From Octopus bimaculoides (lineage: Eukaryota), in NCBI RefSeq assembly GCF_001194135.2, contig NC_068986.1, positions 5,801,018 through 5,864,607 of the forward strand: a DNA stretch of 63,590 nucleotides. The letters are read 5' to 3'. This document shows positions 1 through 13,444 of the stretch, piece by piece. Positions within the stretch are counted from its first letter, which is position 1. Each line of letters starts with the position of its first letter. The position numbers were made by a program, and so were the translations under genes. The notes beneath the pieces are model-generated. The model worked only from the letters and a program-made list of their open reading frames with translations. It searched no databases and had not been told where the DNA came from.

Positions 1-14
1 ATATATATAAAATA

Positions 15-175
15 GGCGTAAGAGTGTCTGTGTGGTAAGAAGCTTGCTTCCCAACCACATGGTTCTGGATTCAGTCCCACCACATGGCACCTTGGGCAAG
101 TGTCTTCTACTATAGCTTCGGGCCGACTGAAGCCTTGTGAGTGGATCCGGTAGATGGAAACTGAAAGAAGCCTGT

Positions 176-248
<73 letters not shown>

Positions 249-456
249 TTGTGTATCTGTGTTTGTCCTTCCACCATCGCTTGACAACCGATGTTGGTGT
301 GTTTATGTTCCCATAACTTAGCAGTTCAGCAATAGGGGATGACAGAATAAGAACAAAACTTACACAGACTAAGTCTCGGGGCTGATTTGTTTGACTAAAG
401 GCAGTGCTCCAGCATGGCCATAGTCAAATGACTGAAGCAAGTAAAAGAATAAAAGA

Positions 457-458
<2 letters not shown>
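15..458 (+). mobile_element. tRNA-derived SINE family A (representative copy)
   Basis: A-box-like tgtgtggt and B-box-like ggattcagtccc, internal (GT)/(AT) microsatellite, tail ...gactgaagcaagtaaaaga. Other copies near 3727, 11381-11850, 38368, 53100 (-), 54290 (-), 55600 (-) and 63161-63590 (-). Confidence 0.8.
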
Positions 459-503
<45 letters not shown>

Positions 504-974
504 AAGGCACATGGCTTAGTGGTTAAGCCATTCTTGAGCAAAACACTTAATTTCATGTTGCTCTGTGATTATTTCGTCATCTGACATATGGTACATCATA
601 CACCTGTACAGATAATGTCGATTTGAAGGAGGGAATGAACTTATGTGAATACAAACGTTTGATCATTATAAACAAATTGGCTGTGTCATTGTTCAGCAAG
701 AAATTGCAGAACCCTCATATGTTGTCTAACAACGGGACAGTCCATGATGTATACACACACACACCTACAATATATATATATTTATTTCTTTATTAACCAC
801 AAGGGGCTAAACATAGAGGGGTCAAACAAAGACAGACAAAAGGATTAAGTCAATTACATCGACCCCAGTGTGTAACTGGTACTTATTTAATCGACCCTAA
901 AAGGATGTAAAGCAAAGTCGACCTTAGCGGAATTTGAACTCAGAATATAGTGGCAGATGATTCTGCCAGCTCGC

Positions 975-1016
<42 letters not shown>

Positions 1017-1175
1017 NNNNNNNNNNNNNNNNNNNNNNNNNNNNNNNNNNNNNNNNNNNNNNNNNNNNNNNNNNNNNNNNNNNNNNNNNNNNNNNNNNNN
1101 NNNNNNNNNNNNNNNNNNNNNNNNNNNNATGTAAACAAACATAAATTTGTTTTTAAGCATTGAAATATATTGCAG

Positions 1176-1365
1176 AACAAGTAGAGAGATATATTTTTTT
1201 CAACATATAAATACTGAACAGTATATGTATAAAGGATAAAATCCTTTTTTAAGAGCAGAAAAATTTGATGGCATATTTTTCTGCTCTTAAAAAGGATTTT
1301 ATCCTTTATACATATACTGTTCAGTATTTACATGCTGAAAAAGAAATATCTTTCTACTACTTGTT
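1176..1365. repeat. Inverted repeat / hairpin: near-perfect 57-bp core with a 10-nt loop
   Basis: 1208-1264 vs 1275-1330 differ by one base in a T-run; imperfect pairing extends to 1176/1365. Confidence 0.85.
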
Positions 1366-1375
1366 ATATATCATC

Positions 1376-1530
1376 ATCATCATCATCATCGTTTAATGTC
1401 CGCTTTCCATGCTAGCATGGGTTGGACGATTTGACTGAGGACTGGTGAAACCGGATGGCAACACCAGGTTCCAGTCTGATTTGGCAGAGTTTCTACAGCT
1501 GGATGCCCTTCCTAACGCCAAGGATGCCCT
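1376..1530 (-). mobile_element. RTE 3'-UTR-type short repeat (representative copy)
   Basis: catcatcatc gtttaatgtccgctttccatgctagcatgggttggacg...ctggatgcccttcctaa is the same sequence as the 3' UTR of the RTE at 20364. Other copies near 17170, 23115, 25810, 30490, 37260-37750, 38560, 45460, 45975 and 51960. Confidence 0.8.
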
Positions 1531-4500
1531 TCATATATATATATATATATTGTAATTATTACCTCTGAGGTTCTGATTGCTATGAAACATATGTAGCCTG
1601 GATTCTATCTACTCCATTCCCTAATTTTGGATATGTATATATAAGCAAATTGTCTGTATCATTGTTCAGCAAGAAATTGCAGCAACCCTCATACGTTGTC
1701 TAACAATGGGAGAGTCCATGATGTATATATACATACAGACACACACACACACATATATATACACTCCACACACATAGACTATTTTTAGAAACTGATGAGG
1801 GAACCACTACATAGCTGATCAATATTTTTCATTGCTTAGACAGGAGGGAAGACAGTGCCCTTACCCTAACCCTTCCAGGGTTTCTGAGACTGGTGGGAGG
1901 GGACAAACTATTATCAAATTGATCACCGGACCTAAATGCTAAAGTCACACAGAGACCTGGTAGTGGTGTTAAACCAGACAACAATTTAAGTTTGTATACA
2001 AGTAGGCCGGTTAGAACAAATAGCAAACTACCACTTGGATGATTTCTATCCAATTTTTCTGATTTAACCAGTCCATCATCCTAGCTTAGTGCATTATCAA
2101 ATGTGAAAGGGATGAAAAAGCAAAGCTAACCTGGTAGGATTTACCGGCCAGAAATACCAGGTAATTTACCTCCTAGAAATACCAGATAAATCTACTTCAA
2201 ATCATAATCTATCACTTTGGGGAATGTATTCTAGATATAAAAAACAAAAGAGGGTGGTCACTACTGGAATAGCTTTGATCAAGTTTTGACTGATTAAGAT
2301 TGGCCTGGGTTTAAACAACAATAACAGCTACCACTATTTCTAATGGTTGAGAAATTTCAGATGTAAGAACTTGGACAAAAGGTATAGCTACCAAAGAAAA
2401 TAGTTGTGTAAATAAAATGAAACAAAATAGAAATAAAATATTGCTAAAATCATCAATTTTAATGGAAAATATATTATCAAATGAAAACAAACTCAGAGAA
2501 ATATCAGTATAACTCAAGGAATATTATGAGAAGACAAATATGTAAATCATAAAGACAATGATATTCAAGAAAAAGTCAAGTTGAGCTAATCAGATAGAAA
2601 ATATAACTAGACCATCATATTTAATACAAAAAAAAGTGTTGTTTTGAAGTCAGTCAAAATGTGGTAGAGTATAGCTAGATATTTGTTAGCTTTACACGTT
2701 TGTAATTTATTATAAAATTCAATTGGACTGGGACTTTCAGTTTCACCAGATGGCTTATTCACCAAGTCAACTGCCTACCTGAATTAACTATCAGGGGAAA
2801 TTTAAAGCTCTTTAAAACTAAAGTTATAAATTTGACTCTACTTTCAATACCGAGTCTCCCCATTAGCAAATGTTCTGTTGCTATAAAACTTGCTATAAAA
2901 TAATGTCCATAACCCTTTAGGATTCAGGTTACTTTGTCTAATGTATGCTTATTTATTCACATTGTTTTGAATTAATCATAAATAATTTTGTAGCTTCAAG
3001 ATTTTGATGATGAGATTGGTTATTTTTTAGATTGACATTGTAATTTAGGTGTAAGAGATCTTGCCAGTTTGAACATAAAGCAGGTAGAACATTTTGGCGG
3101 GATATGACTGGGTTAAATGCTAAAAGGTTAAATGAACACTTTAATATTTTGTTTTAAAATATATAAATATGATATGGAAAATATTGAGTCATCGAAAGAA
3201 CTTTGACAGACAAGAACAAAGCAAATTAAACAATCGATTAGTTAGTTGGATATTTAACCAACTGACAAATAATAAAGGAGTGAAATTAAACCAATGCGTG
3301 TGCTAATTATATTGGCTCTCCCTAGACCCAACAAAATCTTGATACAAATAACAGAAAAACAGTTTTACAAACAATATTTTCCCATGAAAATTCTGAATGC
3401 TTGAAAACAAATAAGAACAGATGGGAGATTCAGCTAATTTCAAACAAAACAATTTTCTAAAATGTCTTTTAATCACGTCATTAATATAAATTACATCTAT
3501 CAGCTTAATAGTTACTTTTCCAGATAAATAACTATTCATCTCTGGTTATCTATGCTTGAAATTACAAGTAAGTAATATTGCAGAAGCCATATACTAATGT
3601 AGTGAGATATAGACAAGACATGAAATAGATACAAAAACTGTTTCTAATTTCTAACAATTGAGCAAAAAATCTACTTTGCATCCTTTTTTATAGATGATAT
3701 TTAAATTATTTTACATAATAGAGATGCAGACGTGGCTGTGTGGATACACAGTTTGCTTCTTGACCATATGGTTTTAAGTTCTATTCAACTGCATGAAACC
3801 TCAGGCAATTGTCTTCTACTATAAACCCCAAAGTGACCAATACCTTGAACTGCAAGGAAGCCTGTTGTGTGTGTGTGAGTGTGTACATGTATGTTTGTAC
3901 GTGTTGTGTGCATAAGTATTTATATTTCACAGCTTTTCTTGTCACTGCTTGAGTGAAACTGATGTAATTCTTACATTTTCCATTGACAATACTTCCCACT
4001 GCTCTGCACTTTGCAAGATTAGTGGAATGAAAAAAATCAGGTAAAGGTTAGTGACAGAAAGGGCATCTGGCTGTAAAATGCTGCTTCATTTAAGCCATCC
4101 ATACTGACATGGAAAAGTGGACATAAAACAGAGAAACAATACAGCATAGTTTAGTATAAATTATCTCAATATTATTGAAAATATATGTGATCAGAGAATT
4201 TTTAAAATTGCAATCTTTAATATTCACTACAGTGTCACCATGCAATTTTTCTTGTTAATTTAATATCTAGAATATGCAAATTTTCATACCTACACACAAA
4301 CAATATTGTATGTGTATCTAGTGGGTGTACCACTTCAGTATATAAGGTGAAGTCTATGTTTCACTGATGAGGTTTGATAAAACCAAAACATATCCAGAGC
4401 TCTCTTCTGTGTTTGTTGGAATGATCAAAATAATATTAGCCATAGACTAACATTATCTTACCTTCATCACATAATTATTTCTGATTAGAATTTAGATGCT

Positions 4501-5158
4501 TACTACATTATATATGTTAATACTACTTTGATTATTGTTTTTCGTGCAGATGGCCTCTCTGAGTATTTTCATTCAGTAATATGTTCTCTAAAATATTCTT
4601 CAGAGTTAAGTGACCATTTATATAATTTATGCAGGAACTTTTGAAAGGCTATTTCAAAATATCATCCGGCATACTAAAAGTTCTGCCAGAATTTTTAGCA
4701 TGCTGGATGAAATGTTTAGCAGTATTTCATCTGTCTTCATACTCTGAATTCAAATTCTATTGAAGTCAACTTTGCCACTCATTCTTTTGGGGTCAATGAA
4801 GTAAGTACCAGTTTAGCACTGAGGTCAATGTAACCAACTAGTCCCCTCCCCAAAATTTCATGCTTTATGCCTATAGTGGAAAGGATTATTATTTGCGAAT
4901 GGCCCAAGTGAATGGGCCTACTCCAAGCACGCGGCTCTAGATCAATGTCAGATTAAGAAGTGAGGGCACTTGCCCTAGAGGTTAGGGTGATTGCAGTTTT
5001 TGTGGGGTTTCCACAAGCAGCCCTTGGAAGACTCCCTCTTCTGGAGATTTTAATGGTTATGACTTTTATTGTTCTTTATTTACACATTCCAATTCCACTT
5101 GTTTTGTAGTCCTGTACTGTCCCCAATCTTCTATATGAACCCTCAGTGGTTAATAAGG

Positions 5159-5191
<33 letters not shown>

Positions 5192-6334
5192 GCTATTATT
5201 ATCATTATTAAAGCAATGAGTTGGCAGAATTGTTAGCACATCACAAAAACTGTATTTCTTCTGGTTCTTTACCTTCTAAGTTCAAATCCCATGAAAGTCA
5301 ACTTTTGGATTTCATCCCTTTGGGGTTTGGAGTTCATAAAATAAAGTACCCACCAAGTATTGGGTCAATGTAACTGACTAGCCCCCTACTCCCAAAATTG
5401 CAGCCTTGTGCCAAAATTAGAAAGAATTCTTCTTCTTCTTATTATTATTTTAGCTTTTTGTTAATTTTTATTAAAGAAAAAAAAATTGATGTAAGCTGAA
5501 TTTTAAGACAAGTACGCTGTTTCAATAGGTAAAAAAAATACTTGCTAACAGAAGAACGTTGGCTACAAGAAGATTTTTAAGATTAAAAAATAATATTGAA
5601 AACAAAAACGAGCAAGGTTTGGTATAAATAATAGATAACAACACTGATGAAACAGAAGCTAGGGTAGACACAAACCTGGAAACAAAACAAAATGTAGAAT
5701 TGCTAATATTGGACTACCATTGGAATTCCTTCAGTTTTTCTTTCAACAAAAGGTTTTTACAAAATATAGTAAAATAAACATGCAACAAAAAAAAAAAAAG
5801 GGATGACAGGCTACACGTGCATGTGTGTGCAAATATATGTATACATATACACACACATACATGTATATACATACATTTATATATTTATATATACATAGAT
5901 GCACATATACACACGTATATACATACATATATATATATATATATATACGTATACACACACACACATATATACACATACAACACACACACATGTGTGCATG
6001 TGTGTGAATGTAAGGAAGCAGCAGTGGAGTATAACAGAGGATCCTGTGCACATACATTATTATTAGGGGGGAAAGTGTTACAGTAAGTGTTCATACTTAG
6101 ACTGGCAGGTTTCCAGCAAGAAGACCGGTTGGAACATATAAAGGAGGTCAAGATGACCAAATGATTCATTCCAGATGGTCTGAGTGCAGTTCTTAGGATA
6201 AATGATTTAGTTATTTGGAAAACCACTATGACAGGTGCTTTATGGAAGTTAAATTGAATAATTAAAATTAACAAAAAATATGGCAAATTTTTTCGATTTG
6301 TTAGAAAAGAGAAATATCACTGTCCATGGGTTTT

Positions 6335-6373
<39 letters not shown>

Positions 6374-6857
6374 AGGAATAAAAAATATATACTTAATAAC
6401 AACCACTTCTATGGTAGAGAGTGGTCAGATAAAGTTTAAAAAGACACCGACATAAAAACAATAATAAAAAACAAAAAAATACAGTTAGAAAACAACTTTC
6501 TAGACTTTTCCCAATGTTACAAAGCAGAAAATCTTATCACAACAAAAATTAATGCTATAATTTAGAAGCAGGGTGAAAAAAAAATTATGAATCTAAAATA
6601 TGAAATAAGAGAAACAACAAAATGACCAAAACTTAAAGAAAATGGTTTAGAAAAGAATTTATAAGAGCAGACAATTAGACACTTGCATTTTTATTGAGGG
6701 CTCCCTCAAATGAGAAGAATAGGAGATCATCAATAATTTCTGATAACAATGCAGTATGTGCTTTCAATTATGTCCACTCCATGTCACTTTGGCATTTTCT
6801 GATATAACTTCAGACTGTCCAATGCCTTTAGAGTAGAATTACTAGATAAGAAGCCAG

Positions 6858-6930
<73 letters not shown>

Positions 6931-7400
6931 AGTGTAATTTACATGTGTTATCACTAATACCACCTGAGCAACAAAATAGTGTTTCCTTACACTTTTTAGT
7001 AATCAAAAGCCCCTTAGTTTAACATATGTGGACCAATGTAATGAAAATATCTTATACATAAGGGTTACCAACAGGAAAATCTACCTCAAAAAGTTTCATC
7101 TAACCCAGTTTGATTTATGATGTGTTGTGCATTACATATATAATATTAAAAATCCATTTCAGCTGAGTTTACCAATCAGTTTCACAATGGCTATTAGATA
7201 ACTGATACCAGATAACAGTGCAGTTAACTAACATTACATACTCTTCAGTGATGGATATTTATGAATTCTTAGAATATATTATATAAAGTACAACACAGCA
7301 TGAATAGAAGTACTGGAATAAATATTAGAAAGCTATTATTTGTAATAAAGAACTTTATAAGAGAGTAAATATGTTCCTTTCATGCTTTTGATATGTAGAA

Positions 7401-7904
7401 ACACATATGTATTAATTAATATTACAGGAAAGAGTATAAGATCAGTTCCTTACAGCCATTTCTGCCAAGAAGCAACGAAATCCTCCATGCTATCTCCATC
7501 TCTTCAGTGTTCTGTAGGGATGGGCAGATAAAGTTTGGATGATGAGTGTGCCTCTAGGTTTCTTCAGAGGGTCTAAATGGTTATGAGGGCTAATACATAT
7601 AATAAACAATTAACAATAGGTATAATGTATTTGTCATTTGCTCCTATTCTTTCTGCCCTTTTTAATAATGACAAATGCATTGTACCTATTGTTAATTGTT
7701 TATTATATGTATTAGCCCTCATAACCATTTAGACCCTCTGAAGAAACCTAGAGGCACACTCATCATCCAAACTTTATCTGCCCATCCCTACAGAACACTG
7801 AAGAGATGAAGATAACATGGAGGATTTTGTTACCTCTTGGCAGAAATGGCCATAAGGAACTGATCTTATACTCTTTCCTGTAATATTAATTAATACATGT
7901 GTGT
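7401..7904. repeat. Long inverted repeat: 238-bp arms with a 28-nt loop
   Basis: 7401-7638 vs reverse complement of 7667-7904: 10 mismatches, no indels (manual alignment). Confidence 0.95.
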
Positions 7905-8182
7905 GTAACACATAGTTACTACATGTGTATGTGCTCTTCTAATACTTTCTAATACTTTTGAATAAATAGACACACTGGAATGTCTACCAGCTGATGTATT
8001 TTTTCTTATTTGCCATATAAATTAAGGGTAAACCACTTTTTACCCCTGCCAATATACGACTCTCAATTGCAAGATTGCCATGCAATAACCAGCATTTGAG
8101 TATGAATAATTGGGTACACTACCAGCAGCATATTGGATAGGTACTATCCCTTGGTTGGCTTCCCAAACTCTAACTCTCACAG

Positions 8183-8224
<42 letters not shown>

Positions 8225-9193
8225 AATATATCTTTCCAATGCAGACCAACACCAACCTCTTTAGAGTCTGTTTGATCACACATATTGATTAATTCTTTCT
8301 CAATAATACTAACTGTACTGTTTTTTGCCATAAACTTCTATTCATATGTTATAAAATTTTCAAAAATACACCAACTCAGCAAAAAAGAAAAATACAGTAT
8401 AAACAAGTAATTTATAGTTTCTGATATTTAGGAATTCTGAGATAATGAATATTTTTAACCATTTTGTATACTATGAGAATATTACAGGCCTTTTTAATTA
8501 TGATTAACTATTGAAATTCCCAGACAATAATTAAGATACAAGTTTAAAAACCAAATAAATATTTGACCAAATATGTAAAAAAACAATGCCATGTAAATAG
8601 GCTAATCTGATGCTGGTAAACTATTTTAAAAAGAACTTATAATTTTCCTAGTGGGCCAACAATACCAAACACTATTTCAATATCATTATTATAAAATTAA
8701 TAATTATCACAAAAAAGGTTTAAGTTCATAACCTTTTTTAATAAATACCCATGAGGAAAACACATGGAAACAGAATAGAATGTATTGAAAGTTTCAAATC
8801 TAAATTGGTAACATGATTAATTTGATTTGTAATATCAGCATAAGACTACTAATTTAGAAGATTAAATTAAATTGATCTCAGTGTTTTATTGATGCTTGAT
8901 ACTTTATTTTATTGAACTTGGAAGGATGAAAGTTGACCTCAGTGGGATTTGAAATCAGAATGCAAAGAACTACAAGTAAATACTGAAAAACACTAGCAGC
9001 CTGGTAACCAAACTACTTTGCATGTTAACTAATTTATGTTAACTTTTGTTATTCAAATTAGTTTTGTTTCTAGTTTTACTTTCCAAGGCAATTGAAGAAG
9101 AAAACATAACTCAATGATAAATATAGATCTTTGGAAATTTCATGCAAAAGTCACTCTATAAAAGAGGTGGTGTTTATTATAAGGTGCATTTAA

Positions 9194-9301
9194 CCTTTAG
9201 CACATTGTAGGTGCATCATGTTATCATATGAGTTTTCTCCCCTGCAGTAACAGGGCAGTGGTAGGGGAAACAATTCTAGAGAAAATGCAGTGTGCTAAGG
9301 G
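9194..9301. mobile_element. 108-bp TTAA-flanked mini-MITE
   Basis: TTAA|CCTTTAGCACATTG ... CAGTGTGCTAAGGG|TTAA: 14-bp imperfect TIRs with an intact TTAA duplication. Confidence 0.65.
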
Positions 9302-11564
9302 TTAATAGTGAAATTGCTCAAAATTAAGCTCATAGCAACAGCAAACTAGCTAAAACTATCCACAGAGAAACAAACAAAACATAGACACCAAATGTTAGAC
9401 GCACATACATATATAATATGAGAGTTTGAGTTATTTTAATTGGGAAATGAAACTTGCTACCAAATTCCTTTTACTGAGAATTTACCTCTTTACTTGTACC
9501 CATTTTAAATTTGATATGATCATAGTTCAATAAAACTAAATTGAAATATTTTGTGAGTAATGAATAAGAGACATTTTTGTTTTTTATTATTAGTTAACCC
9601 TCCAAAACTGTCCTTATCCACTTACTCAGTCTTGCTGCTACATACATACCAATGTAAAAACATCTCCAGTCATTTCAAACCAACAAGGTCACCAGCCCTT
9701 CCATAGCCCTTGAAATTGGTGGAACTCTGACCACTTAGCTGATTTAAAGTATCATAGGATTTATGGTGGTGGGTAGGTGTGATTAGGTAATGGTAAGTTG
9801 GTTTAGTATGTACAGAAATGGTAACAGAGTGAAAAATAAAAAGATACAATGGGTTAAAAATAATAAGCTATTGTCTATCAAAAAATAGTTATTTAATCTC
9901 ATAATTAAAATAGAGTCCATGTTCCATGCTGGCATGGATTCAACCCACACCAGCACAGAACATAGAAATTAAATGATGGTGATGATAATGATGATTCTTA
10001 TAATATTCAATATGAAAAGAAAACAAATCCTATGCTAATATCTTCATGTCTAAACTTTAGTTACTTGTGGCAAATTACATTTATTTGCATTACATTTTCT
10101 TTTAAAACATTCTTACCAAACTGGTTCAATAGTTGTACTGTATCCTGAATTAAGATATTTTACTTTTAAATTTCATTAAAAATGAAGATGCTTTATTTTG
10201 ATATGTATCAATTTGTTTCTATGTATGTCTTTTCTTATCCAGCAAAGCTATTTGTAAATATGTATCTAAAATTTCAACAAAAATAACTAAATTAGAATTA
10301 GCCAGGTTTCAAATGCCGAAGAATATTCTGATGTAAAGATGTTTTAGGGCAAACAGGATTGCTGGTAAATAAAATAAGAGGAAAACTAAAATAAACCAAC
10401 TAAAATAAGAGTTGTAGCACACTGGTAATTAACATGCACAGTTACTGGCAATGCAAAATTAATTATCAACAAAATGTTGAATGTATTTCATCAGGTACAA
10501 GAAAAACAAAACTGACTTCTGAATTATTCTAAGTTTCACAAAAGCTATTAATTTTAAACAAACACAAATGGATATAGTAAATAAAAACAAAATACAGAAA
10601 CATGCAATGACATATCATTGTATTTCAGTGGTTAATGAAGCTGAAGAAAACATTTACTAAATAGAAATAGTTCATAATGAAAGTAAGTGTATTGCAGAAT
10701 TAAAGGTTTTAGCAGAAAAATGTTTAGTGATAGAAGAGAGAAAAATGTAATTTTTCAAGTTTGCTCCTCTTGAAACTCAAAAACCAAAAATTCAACAGTA
10801 GATAGTACGAAAGAAGTACATAAAATTTATTAATATTTCATAATTATAATATAATTCAGCAGTTAAAATATAGAATTTATAGATATCTTCCCATCACAAG
10901 ATAATCAATAACTTATATGATCAGATTAATTTAATTATCCTATGTTATTTATAAAATAAGACGACGACCTAATAAAATTAAAGACAAGAAATTTCATGAA
11001 AAACTGTTACTAAATTGAGAAATATTTTCCTCTTTTGATTATTCAAAATTCTAGTCAATACTCAGAAGCCAAGAAAAATGGTGTCATTAAAAGTGTCAAT
11101 TATGCAAAACCCTAAATAACCATTAGGTTAGATTAAAAAACAAACAAACAAACAAAACAAGTAATATGTAAACAAATGAAGTAACCAAAACTTAAAGAGA
11201 AAGCATTGATATTTTATCAGTGGAAAGTGAGAAAATAAGACACTGATTTGTGAAGTCCTAATTTTGAAAAGGGAAATCTCAAAAATATTTGGCAGTATTT
11301 CAAGACTGTAAGGGAATTATATGTTCTACAACTGTTATTTAATATTTTATAATAACTATACAACAAATGCTATAATAAGACATGGCAGTGTAATAAGTTT
11401 GCTTCCCAGCCACTTGGCTTTGGGTTCAGTCCTACCATATGGCACCTTCATAATGTGTCAGTATCTTCTATTATAGTCCCAGGCTGACCAAAGCCTTGTG
11501 AGCAGATCTGGTAGACAAACTGAAAGAAACCTGTCATACGTGTGTATGTGTGTGCGCGCGTGCA

Positions 11565-11616
<52 letters not shown>

Positions 11617-13444
11617 TATGTATGTGTTACGATCTCCTTGCCATGACTTAATGCGTTAGTTGTAAACAAAGGTCACTGTCATGCAAGCAGTGTCCTACAT
11701 TTCCAATCTTCCATGAAAACATGTCTGGTTACGGGAAATATTACCTTGCCTGGAAATAGGTAAGGATTGGCAACAGAAAAGGCAACTGGCTATAGAAAAT
11801 TTGCTTCAACACATTCCATCTGACCCATGTGAGTACGGAAAAGTAGACATTATGATGATGATGATGAAGATGATGTGTAAATAGTAGATGTGTAAATTAT
11901 TCGATGTTCCTTTTAACTACTGGCTTAATTGATAGGACCTCATTAACTATTGCATCACTAATGCTACATTGTGTCTATGGTCAACACAACTCACACAGGT
12001 CAGCTTATTTAATTATAAAAAGGTACATGGTGGACATAGTTAATCTTACATAGGCATCAGGGACACAGACAGTAACCCTTAAGTGCAGTGCACAAATTCT
12101 TCAATGAGCCTGGAATAGGAAATGAGAAAATGTATCCTCCTTTGAATGACTACATGGAGATGAGGTCTCTAGTGAGGTTCCATTGAACAGCCCCTGGGAC
12201 AAGGATAAAGTATTCTTCTATTTCAGTGATATATTATCTATTTATTTTTTTGGAGGGGGGGGGGGCATGCTCGACAATAATCTTAAATCATCCATGGCCC
12301 ACCCAATGTAAACTAAATAAAGCCAAAAACCAATAATGAAATATGAATTTAATTCAAATTAAAAAAAAATTCCCACCTTTATCCATAAACGATGAATACA
12401 AATATCAAATTAAGTAAAATTAAGTAACACAATGATGATCAAACTCTTGATTCAATATTTTTCTAACAAATTAAAGCGCATGATTACAAAAAACTCATGT
12501 TACAATGTTGTGCTAAATATGCAAATGTCACTGTGACCCACTAAGAATTTTGTGTGGATCACATCTGGTTTATAGCTCATCTAGTACATCACTGTTTTAA
12601 TGCAACTTTGGAAGGCTATCAGAAGGATTGTTCCTGCTCATGGGTCATAGAATTAATCTATCAGCTGGCTTCCCCCACCACCACCACCACCCGACCTTGG
12701 GTGTCTTTAGTGGAGTCCATTCTGATGTAAACATTTGGGCCAGGTCTCCAGTCTGAAGAAGACTTCTTCCTTTCAATCTTGGAAGCCCTGAACAAAGTCA
12801 TGAGTACTGTCCCTCCCACACTGACTAAATCCTTAACTTAATGAGAAAAAGAAAAAAATGTTATAGTAAGGGATTGATTACAGATTATTAGAATAATATA
12901 TTTTTAAGGATGAACTAAATAATAAATATTTTTCATGCCAGAATAATTTTTCAAATATTAGAGACATAAGACAGTAAAATTTTCTTAATAATTCATATCA
13001 TATAAATCCATTCTTGAAAGAGCCTATAATGTAACCAAAAAAAAAAGAAAAAAAAAAGAGTGAAATTTAGGAAATGATTATGAAGAACATATCACAAAAG
13101 AGCCAAACAACAATAAAAGTTCCTTTTAGCAGCTAAGATTTACGGTAAGACAAACTTTGTAAAAATTCTTCAAACATATTTTATAAAGGAAATCAAAATA
13201 AAACATGGAGTACATTGAAAATTAATCTAAAACACCCAGTTTAATGGAAGACAGTGACAATCCTCTTTTCCAGCATTGTTTGGTACTATTCAAAATAAAA
13301 GGAATCAAATATAATGTATACACAAAAAAAAAAAATTAATAGGAATCAATTAAATATATGTAAATGTTCTTTCTGCCAATCTAAGTATGATGTTTTTGAA
13401 GTAAAGAAGAAGAAAGAGAAGAAAGAGGTTAGAGCAGTTAGTAC

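Noticed and set aside
1829-2053. 74-aa minus-strand ORF (MDRNHPSGSLLFV...)
   Set aside because: No splice-compatible link to the gene and no recognisable domain; probably part of an interspersed repeat, but this cannot be shown from this window.
5743-6286. Long ORFs with YIYI/VCVC runs, and similar ORFs across gaps and microsatellites (e.g. 34055-34543, 53681-54067)
   Set aside because: Translations of simple repeats or N runs.
12658-12838. Phase-1-compatible cryptic exon after exon 5 (VKDLVSVGG...EAS*)
   Set aside because: Overlaps a repeat with two other copies in the window and encodes nothing LRP11-like.
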